From IMG/VR virus record IMGVR_UViG_3300026445_000027, positions 32,001 to 96,000 of that record: a stretch of 64,000 nucleotides of DNA; one strand, 5' to 3'. The translations under genes were made by a program, and so were the position numbers. Shown piece by piece: positions 9,654-16,810 of this stretch; positions within the stretch are counted from its first letter, which is position 1, and each line of letters begins with the position of its first letter. The DNA comes from a virus. The notes under the pieces were generated by a model that saw only the letters and a program-made list of their open reading frames with translations, ran no database searches and was not told the origin of the DNA.

Positions 9654-9845
9654 AAGGGGAAACAGCGCTAGCTGTTTAGGAGGGTCACCTAGGCCCCAAT
9701 TTAAACCAAACTCATTAAACGGCGATACAATCTATTCCTCTTTGCAACTTTCGTTTACAGGGTTTCCCCAAACCAGAGAGTTTATAAACTGCATGCAGCT
9801 TTATGAGTAGGTTGGAACCTAGGCAACCCAAACTCGTTAAAACTG
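9625..9845 (-). ncRNA. Candidate structured non-coding RNA or 3' UTR/attenuator
   Basis: About 220 nt with no ORF of 60 aa or more, at least four hairpins and an internal direct repeat, ending in a terminator. Confidence 0.35.
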
Positions 9846-10679
9846 TTAGAAGTAGCAGACGTTTGTCAGGTTACCGGTTTTGTAGAAGACCTGTTCCTGG
9901 TCGGCGTTGTATTTCTCGATTGCCGCTTCCAGGTTGATGTCAGCACCCACTACCACAGAGCCAGTGGACTCAGTGGACAGATGCACCATACCGGTAGTGT
10001 CATCGATGTAAAGCTTGTTGATGCTGAAGTGACTCCAACGGCCCAGAGCTACAACGTTGTAACCGCGGTGGCCTGCCTGCAGTGCAATGCCAGCCAACTT
10101 CCGTACTTTATTATCGGGAGTGTGGTCGTCAATTACTTCACCACCGTTAGCGCCGAGGATTGCGGCGATGGCATCGTACTCGCTGTACTCTGGTTTTGCT
10201 GCTACACCGATTACCTTGACTTCGCCGTTCAGCACACTTTCCATCATATCCTTACGGGCATTGGAAAGCTCTGCTTCGGTTTGCACTGGTTCGGGCGAAG
10301 TTACTTCCGGCACCAGCTTGCCGTTTACCAGGTAGTGGATCGACTCCAGCGAACCGCAGCTGAACTTTTGACCCACCTGTGCTGCGTTGTAGTTGGTGAC
10401 ACCTTGTTCCAGGGTTATGCCATCAAGGCACTTTACCACACCGCCAACAGACTCACGGGATACGTGAGGAATGCCACGCTCGTCCAGGTACAGACGGTTG
10501 AGCGAGAAATAGATCGAGCGACACAGTACAACTGGAATCCGGGAATCACCTTTAACCAGTTCTGCAATGCCTGCTACAGTCATCCCACCAGCACCGTGGT
10601 GGTCATCCAGGATGCGACCCGAAGTGAAGTTGATGGCGTCAACGATTGCTGCGAAGTTGTTTACGTTGTTCATGGACAT
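9846..10679 (-). CDS. Hypothetical protein with two tandem copies of a ~110-aa domain
   Basis: The two halves align (AI..G.I.DDH; AGIA; FS(L/I)N.LY(L/I)D; H.S.ES.G; LE....YNA). AAGGA SD upstream. Confidence 0.75.
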   Translation of the reverse strand: MSMNNVNNFAAIVDAINFTSGRILDDHHGAGGMTVAGIAELVKGDSRIPVVLCRSIYFSLNRLYLDERGIPHVSRESVGGVVKCLDGITLEQGVTNYNAAQVGQKFSCGSLESIHYLVNGKLVPEVTSPEPVQTEAELSNARKDMMESVLNGEVKVIGVAAKPEYSEYDAIAAILGANGGEVIDDHTPDNKVRKLAGIALQAGHRGYNVVALGRWSHFSINKLYIDDTTGMVHLSTESTGSVVVGADINLEAAIEKYNADQEQVFYKTGNLTNVCYF

Positions 10680-10705
10680 TTCCTTAATATAAGTAAAAGA
10701 GTGTT

Positions 10706-10726
10706 GGTGGTCCCCTATGGACCACC
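10706..10726. other. Intergenic hairpin (mRNA stability or processing)
   Basis: GGTGGTCC-CCTAT-GGACCACC between co-directional paralogs, with no adjacent U-tract. Confidence 0.5.
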
Positions 10727-10741
10727 GTACACGTGTAGCGG

Positions 10742-11224
10742 TTAGAAGCTTACTTGACCGATCTTGGCGCGACGCGCTTCATCGATCTTGAATGCGACTG
10801 CAGTCATCTCAGCCACATCACCTTCTTCAAAGAGTTTGACTGGAACCAGTTGGCCCAGACGCATCTTGTAGAAGTTGGTTAGGAACGCGGTACCGTGTTC
10901 GCTAGTCGCATGAGTAGCGTTGTACTCCACTACCGACTCACGCAGATCAACCGCAACTTGGCCACCCATTACTGGTTTGGAGTCACGGAACATCCTGCTA
11001 CCTACAGCACGGCGAGACAGACGCACTTTACCATCTTTGAGGTAGACCTCATTAAGGGTAAAGCTTTCATCGTCAAACAGTGCGACGGGAGTGACTGTAC
11101 CTTCGCGGTGCAGCAGTGCGACGCCACTCAGCATGGCACGAGTGGTTGGATCGCTGTCGTCACCAATGAAGCCATGAGCTTCGGTGATACCGTTAACGAT
11201 CGCAGCGTAGTCATAGTTAGACAT
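10742..11224 (-). CDS. Hypothetical protein, single-domain paralog of 9846-10679
   Basis: 160 aa with the same motif series (YAAIV..G.I.DD; LSGVA; FTLNEVYL; RLSRRAVGS; LRESVVEYNA). AGGAG SD. Confidence 0.75.
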   Translation of the reverse strand: MSNYDYAAIVNGITEAHGFIGDDSDPTTRAMLSGVALLHREGTVTPVALFDDESFTLNEVYLKDGKVRLSRRAVGSRMFRDSKPVMGGQVAVDLRESVVEYNATHATSEHGTAFLTNFYKMRLGQLVPVKLFEEGDVAEMTAVAFKIDEARRAKIGQVSF

Positions 11225-11278
11225 GGTGAACTCCTTAGAAGATTTAGTAATCCAAATGAATTACTGTTCTTATTCACC

Positions 11279-11297
11279 CTAGTTATATAGACCTGAG
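11279..11297 (-). promoter_or_regulatory. Putative early (virion RNAP) promoter
   Basis: Minus strand CTCAGGTCTATATAACTAG; aligns with 16615-16633 and 60855-60873 and resembles the phiKZ early core TATATTAC. Confidence 0.55.
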
Positions 11298-11328
11298 TTC
11301 CCCTAGAAATTAAAAATGCATAATAGAC

Positions 11329-11356
11329 CCCTACCCACCCGTTAGGGTGGGTAGGG
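11329..11356 (-). terminator. Terminator hairpin
   Basis: CCCTACCCACCC-GTTA-GGGTGGGTAGGG downstream of the 798-aa gene. Confidence 0.75.
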
Positions 11357-11390
11357 ACTACTCTAAACTAATTGCGCAATTAACTCAGTA

Positions 11391-13787
11391 TCAATTAACG
11401 CCCATTACCACGAGTGGCTTATCGGTATCCACATGACGTAACGTGGCCACGTTACGGTCACCACCGACATAGCTGAACAACCAGACGTGACCCGACGCAG
11501 CATAACGCAACAGATGGTCTTTGTGGACTTCTGCAGTCGTTGGTGCTTCCGGATCTTCTACCACGATTTCCATGAGCTTGAACAACTCAGGGAACTTACT
11601 ACGTTTAATGTACAACGGCACATTAAACTCTTCGTGGTACGGGCCTTTGTCGTTGACCAGGTTGGCCATGTAGAACTCACGTACTACATACAGGTCGACG
11701 TCGTCCTTGAGTTTCTCGATGACACCCATCTCTTCAGGTGGGATGCCATGCGGGTTAACTTTGTGGAACATACGCAGGTTACGGGTCAGGTAGTTGGATA
11801 CCGCACCGTCGGTCAGCAGACCGTAAGCCTGATCATCGTTCTTTTGGAGCTCGTTGGCCAGGTCTTCGATGTCAGACACGAAGTTGCCAATCTGCAGTTT
11901 ACCGCCACCGCCTTTTCCGTCCACAGCATTGTAGCCGCAGACGTTTACCAACCATTCATTCACAATGGCGGTCATACGGCTGTTGATAAACCCAGCTACG
12001 TTGTTGTCGATAACGTTTTCGTTGAACAGGCGACGCAGATGCTTACCGGCATTCAGTACCGACGGACGCTCGTTGTCTTTCAACTCGGCATCGCTGAACA
12101 GGTAAGGTGCATCTTGGAACAGGCGAGTTTTGTCTTCTGGCTTGACGCAGCTGAAAACATCCCACTCGACCAGGGTGTCGAACACTACTGCGGCTTTGTT
12201 GTCTTTGAACTTGGAAGTCAGACGATCGGTGATCAGTTTGACGTTCTGCATCAGCGCAGTAGTCTTCTGCTCAACGATTGGTTCGTCTACTACGATAGCC
12301 GGGATACCAGCACCCAGCTCTTTAATACGTTCGACGTCTACTTCCAGCTTTTTCTCGTCTTTTACTACGTCAGCCATCGGAGCGGCAACAACCATATACA
12401 GGTCGCCTTCGTTCTCTGGCTTCTCCAGGAGCGGCAGGAGCACTTCTGGGTTACTGAACACACGTGCCACATCGAGACCCTCAGCTCGCACGGCATGGCT
12501 GAACCAGCCGTCGTTGTTATCGAAATCGATCACGACTACGCGATAGCAATCGCGCAGCAGACCTTCCTCTTGACGCATCTCTGGGTGACGTTTGAAGACC
12601 TTCTGGATTTTGCGCCAGTCGGTTTCCGGGATGAAGTAATGATTGTCACGACCGATCGGTTTGAAGAAGCGACGCAGGTTGTAATCCTGCATGTTCTCCC
12701 GCGTAAGGTTGTCGAAGTCATTACGAGTAGTACCCCAAGTCATACTCACCTCATTATCAAAATTTGGTTGGCTAGCGGCCGGTTTAGGTGCGGGTTCATG
12801 GTAGTATTCCCCACGCCTGGATGCAACATTACGATCCACCATTGCATTAATTGATTCATAATCCGAGTTGGTGTAAGCCTGGTCCCGTTTGGCTTGTGGG
12901 ATATACCCGATGTAATCACCATAACGGTCTGGGTCAAACACCCGTGCATGTTCCACCGGAGTGGAGACTGCATTGGAGAACGACAGTGACGCATAAGGAA
13001 ACGGTACATCAAACATTTCCCACATCTTGGAGAACTCTTCCTTAATAGTCTCCAAGTTGTTCAACTGCAGTTCCAGCTTTTTCGGGAGCCGGTGTGTATA
13101 TGAAACGCCCTTCTTGGTGTTAAACAGCCAGTTGAGGAACTCCAGGAACAGCGCCTGGTAACATGCGATCTCCGATGCGTTGTTGAAGTCTGCTTCGGAC
13201 CATTGTTCCTTACCAGACTTCCGCATGTTCTCGATCAACAGATAACCGAAAATGACACCACCGTTAATTGCTGCTGTTTGGTGGAAAGAAGGAAGTTTAT
13301 TAATGTCATCAATAAACTCTTTCTTGAGCGGGCAGATCTGGCCAGTGTCCTGGTCAACCGTGAACTGCTCCTTCATTTTCTGGTAGTTCTTGTAAAAGAA
13401 CGTAGGTTGACGACGAACCATGTGTTGCATAAACACGGTCATCGGATCTTCTACTTTACCGATGTAATACTCGATGGTATCTTGGGAGATCCCACCGTTC
13501 TCTAGCATCCCTGCTAGAACCTCGTTTTGCTCTAGTCCGCCACCGTGGTGCTTCCAGTTGAAACCACCACCTGCCCCTGTAGTGGCTGCGCTACTAGCAA
13601 CCCCTGCAAGGAAGTTCTTAATAGCTTGACCAGGGATGATTTGCTGGTGGAGTTGCGCGCCTTGCAGCCCTCCCATCCCAGCAGCCTGACGGCCATCTGA
13701 TTGAGGAGGGTCGGCGTTCAAGTTCACCGATCCGGGGCGTGAACCACCAAAGCCACCGAGACCAGTTGGTTTAATCGATCCGACCAT
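11391..13787 (-). CDS. Large hypothetical protein downstream of nvRNAP beta-N
   Basis: 798 aa with a Gly/Gln-rich N-terminus; overlaps the end of the nvRNAP gene. Confidence 0.75.
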   Translation of the reverse strand: MVGSIKPTGLGGFGGSRPGSVNLNADPPQSDGRQAAGMGGLQGAQLHQQIIPGQAIKNFLAGVASSAATTGAGGGFNWKHHGGGLEQNEVLAGMLENGGISQDTIEYYIGKVEDPMTVFMQHMVRRQPTFFYKNYQKMKEQFTVDQDTGQICPLKKEFIDDINKLPSFHQTAAINGGVIFGYLLIENMRKSGKEQWSEADFNNASEIACYQALFLEFLNWLFNTKKGVSYTHRLPKKLELQLNNLETIKEEFSKMWEMFDVPFPYASLSFSNAVSTPVEHARVFDPDRYGDYIGYIPQAKRDQAYTNSDYESINAMVDRNVASRRGEYYHEPAPKPAASQPNFDNEVSMTWGTTRNDFDNLTRENMQDYNLRRFFKPIGRDNHYFIPETDWRKIQKVFKRHPEMRQEEGLLRDCYRVVVIDFDNNDGWFSHAVRAEGLDVARVFSNPEVLLPLLEKPENEGDLYMVVAAPMADVVKDEKKLEVDVERIKELGAGIPAIVVDEPIVEQKTTALMQNVKLITDRLTSKFKDNKAAVVFDTLVEWDVFSCVKPEDKTRLFQDAPYLFSDAELKDNERPSVLNAGKHLRRLFNENVIDNNVAGFINSRMTAIVNEWLVNVCGYNAVDGKGGGGKLQIGNFVSDIEDLANELQKNDDQAYGLLTDGAVSNYLTRNLRMFHKVNPHGIPPEEMGVIEKLKDDVDLYVVREFYMANLVNDKGPYHEEFNVPLYIKRSKFPELFKLMEIVVEDPEAPTTAEVHKDHLLRYAASGHVWLFSYVGGDRNVATLRHVDTDKPLVVMGVN

Positions 13788-15438
13788 TGTTAATTTCTCT
13801 CGTTTTGAGTCGCTTCTCTGCTTTAGCGTAACGCTCCGCGTGCTTAGGGTTCAAGCCGGTAACTTTGCCGTGCAGGAAGATACAAGGTAAAAGATACGCC
13901 CGTCCGTCTGGACATGGTGAGGACACCTTGAGGTGACTGTTCACAAACAGTTGGGAAGCGTGGATATGCGTGGAGGAATCCCCAGCATCGAAATCACCCT
14001 TCTTACGGTTCTTAGACGAACTGGTGAACACCTTATCTTGAGGAATACAACCCAACATGTAGTCAACAAACGGAACGTCTGTCGGAGTGGCTTCCTGGAT
14101 CAGGTTGGTAGTACGGGCATTGTCGATCTCTTTAGCGTGGAACCTGCTATTGAGGAATCGCGATACCTTCTTCTGGCTCAACTCAGAATTGTTCTTGATA
14201 TCGTGCTTGAAGTTGTTCGCTGCTGTGATCAACTTATCCATGGTGAACTCCAGTGACGAGAGTTCTTTGTGGAACATGGACGCACGATCGGTGGTTTGCA
14301 CGATCTCACTACGGTTGGTGATAATGTAGTTGAAGAGATCGAAGATGTCGTTAGCTTCGATATCCTGGTTGCGGAACTTCTTGATGGAGTCCTCATCCAG
14401 GTAATCGTTGATGGAATCAAAGTGGTTATACATCAACCGCATGATAGCTTCGTTGGAATCCCCGCTCTTAACCGAAGTACGTCCGATCAAAAGCTTCCAA
14501 TAGTCCGGGTCATCAATCCGTTCTACATCAAAGTAACTGCCCATACAGTCAATAACGAACTGCAAAGAAGCAGCATACTGCAAACCGAGGTTGTTGAGGG
14601 TCTTACGTGTAGGCGAGACATTGCGCAAAGCAATACCCAGATCCTGCACTACAGTTTCCCCCAGGTACTTGTGGTTATCTGCCTTGGACCGTGTGATAAT
14701 TTCCCAACGGTCTTTTGCACGGCAGTCGCTCAGCAATGCATCTACTGGGCCCAACTCGTACTCACACTCACCATAGCGTCGCATGGCCTCTGTGAAGCCA
14801 ATGTTGGCAAACACGTACCACGCTAGCAACGGGATTGGAACTGTCTTGCTAGTGATCTTCCTGGCGGCTGTAGGGCTATAGAACCGGTTGCACGCCAAGT
14901 TGATACTTGCAGTGGACGTCAATACCTGATGACCATGCTGGAATACGTAATCGTAGTTGAAGTTTTCCGTCCCGATTTTGAACTTGAACCCCAGTACTTT
15001 CACGAACAGCGAGTTCTCCTTAGTAACAGGAAGCCCCCGCTCAGCCAGTACAATTTGCAGACTATAGTGCACACCGCGCAACCAGATATCACCATACTTG
15101 TCACAGTACGGCAACATGGTGTACGCATGCATTCGGATCATCTGACCCGACTTATCCTGGTAGTCGATTGCCAACTTGACAGGATAGATAGTCTCCTTGT
15201 GAATATCGTAGATCTTCGTACTCGAGTTGATCAAGTAGTCGATATACTCACGAGGTGGTACTTTGGTCACTCCCCTGAAAAACACTCCACGTGACTCAAT
15301 GCTCTTAAAGATGATGCGAAGCGCGTTCTCGTAGTAGCGCAAAGCACCCTCAAACTCTTTCTGGTGGAAACCCTCCATAATCGTCTGATTGAACTTTGGA
15401 TACTTTTCTTTGATGCGGTCCGCGAGTACGTGAAACAT
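13771..15438 (-). CDS. Non-virion RNA polymerase beta subunit, N-terminal part (phiKZ gp123-like)
   Basis: RpoB-like segments LPYCDKYGDIWLRG (cf. IPLMT..GTF.ING) and DSSTHIHASQ...SSPCPDG. Start moved to the ATG at 15438, which has a GGGGA SD. Confidence 0.75.
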   Translation of the reverse strand: MFHVLADRIKEKYPKFNQTIMEGFHQKEFEGALRYYENALRIIFKSIESRGVFFRGVTKVPPREYIDYLINSSTKIYDIHKETIYPVKLAIDYQDKSGQMIRMHAYTMLPYCDKYGDIWLRGVHYSLQIVLAERGLPVTKENSLFVKVLGFKFKIGTENFNYDYVFQHGHQVLTSTASINLACNRFYSPTAARKITSKTVPIPLLAWYVFANIGFTEAMRRYGECEYELGPVDALLSDCRAKDRWEIITRSKADNHKYLGETVVQDLGIALRNVSPTRKTLNNLGLQYAASLQFVIDCMGSYFDVERIDDPDYWKLLIGRTSVKSGDSNEAIMRLMYNHFDSINDYLDEDSIKKFRNQDIEANDIFDLFNYIITNRSEIVQTTDRASMFHKELSSLEFTMDKLITAANNFKHDIKNNSELSQKKVSRFLNSRFHAKEIDNARTTNLIQEATPTDVPFVDYMLGCIPQDKVFTSSSKNRKKGDFDAGDSSTHIHASQLFVNSHLKVSSPCPDGRAYLLPCIFLHGKVTGLNPKHAERYAKAEKRLKTREINNGRID

Positions 15439-15457
15439 CCTTTTATCCCCAAATGTG

Positions 15458-16585
15458 TTAAGTCGTAAAGAATCTAATACCCGCAAAAAGCAAACCAGAG
15501 ATAGCAGCCAAACCTTTCAACAAATCTACGCCGAAGGACATCTTGGTTTTCTGCTTCATCTGATCTATTGCATGTTTGTCTCGTGACTCACGACGCTTTG
15601 AATCGTCTTTGAGCCTGAGGATCTCTTCCTTATTACTAAAGTCAACACGTTCTCTTTTATCCTCGGCCGCCTTGAACTCTTGTTTGAGTCTGGCCAGATC
15701 CATTTGATGGGACTGCTTCAGATGTACTAGCTGGAGATCCAGTTTTTCTATCTGACGATTCGCCCCGTCTAAACGGATATTAGTATCGTCCAGTAGTTTA
15801 ATTTTACTATCTAGCGCTTTAGATAGCGAATTAACCTTAGCCTCAGCTTCTTGATACCTTTCGGTATTACCATTTAACATGGCTTCTGCTTTGCTCTGGA
15901 AGATGCCGAGCCCTTCTAACCTGCCTTTCGACAAGTCATCAAAACTATATAATGAAGCCACCGGTGGGTTTGTACCGACCGATACTCCGATGTACAGTCC
16001 TGGCGTGGCTTGTGGATCATCAGCTACTGGCACTTCAGTAGCGCGACCCCCAATGTTTACGTAGAAGGGTTTCTGTGTTTTACGCGGATCGATTACATAT
16101 GCACAGTAACTGATCGAGCATCGCGGATTGCTACGATGCAGTTGGTCCAGGGCCTCAGTAAGACTCGACTCGGGGACGTTGAGTGGAGCCCTATCGATAT
16201 TGCCACGACCACTGTACATGGTGAAGCCAAACATCTCACTGTGGATCGCACCGTGCTCATCAGCCAGGTGTGCTCCCAAGTGTACTACGAAATTAGCAGA
16301 GCTAGGAAAATCTTGATAGAAGTCTACGTTGTCACGCAGGGTCTTCACTTTAGCTGCCATTTCTTCCAACACTGCCCGATCAAACTTGGTCAGTGCTTGT
16401 GAAGGATCTACTTGGATTTCTTTAACCTTGAAGTTTTGGAAGGACACTCGAACGTACTGTTCTTTGTTATATGTCGCTTCTGCGCTCTTTGGGATGATGT
16501 ATCGCAGACCACCTTTGTGGGCTACAACCAAATCGAAAGAAGTACTGTTATTTACGACTTCACGTTCAAGCTTGAAAGTTGCCAT
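15458..16585 (-). CDS. Coiled-coil protein with hydrophobic C-terminus (phiKZ gp122-like by synteny)
   Basis: 375 aa with a long heptad region and a C-terminal segment LLKGLAAISGLLFAGIRFF. Confidence 0.65.
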   Translation of the reverse strand: MATFKLEREVVNNSTSFDLVVAHKGGLRYIIPKSAEATYNKEQYVRVSFQNFKVKEIQVDPSQALTKFDRAVLEEMAAKVKTLRDNVDFYQDFPSSANFVVHLGAHLADEHGAIHSEMFGFTMYSGRGNIDRAPLNVPESSLTEALDQLHRSNPRCSISYCAYVIDPRKTQKPFYVNIGGRATEVPVADDPQATPGLYIGVSVGTNPPVASLYSFDDLSKGRLEGLGIFQSKAEAMLNGNTERYQEAEAKVNSLSKALDSKIKLLDDTNIRLDGANRQIEKLDLQLVHLKQSHQMDLARLKQEFKAAEDKRERVDFSNKEEILRLKDDSKRRESRDKHAIDQMKQKTKMSFGVDLLKGLAAISGLLFAGIRFFTT

Positions 16586-16614
16586 TCCAAACCACCATTA
16601 ATAGTTGCACTGTC

Positions 16615-16633
16615 CTGATAATTTAGGTCTGAA
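16615..16633 (-). promoter_or_regulatory. Putative early promoter for the nvRNAP beta-N operon
   Basis: Minus strand TTCAGACCTAAATTATCAG, 30 nt upstream of the ATG and just after the capsid terminator. Confidence 0.5.
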
Positions 16634-16655
16634 ATATTCCAACAAAAATGAAAAT

Positions 16656-16712
16656 GCAAAAAAAAAGAAGTAATACCACCCCTAGCCCCGCAAAGGGCTA
16701 GGGGTGGTATTA
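16656..16712 (-). terminator. Terminator of the major capsid gene
   Basis: 18-bp stem TAATACCACCCCTAGCCC/GGGCTAGGGGTGGTATTA, then CTTCTTTTTTTTT on the minus strand. Confidence 0.9.
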
Positions 16713-16737
16713 GTGAAGCTTATACCCTAAGGCTACG

Positions 16738-16810
16738 GCCCCATCCTGAACTAGGGAGTCTTATTGCGCGAATGCTTTAAGTACTCCATAGTCCGTGTCC
16801 GGGATGAGGC
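16738..16810 (-). other. Extended RNA stem-loop immediately after the capsid stop codon
   Basis: Nested stems GCCUCAUCC/GGAUGGGGC, GGACUA/UAGUUC, GGAGU/ACUCC and CUUA/UAAG. The G-U pairs work only on the minus strand. Confidence 0.65.

Noticed and set aside
9687-9843. Mini-CRISPR array interpretation of the direct repeat
   Set aside because: Only two degenerate bipartite copies with unequal internal spacing, no resemblance to CRISPR repeats I know, and no cas genes.
11311-11320. Recurring AAAATGCA (also near 16651, 29932 and 44364) as a separate regulatory motif
   Set aside because: Its spacing to the promoter cores is inconsistent, and most copies are simply the tail of a terminator region.
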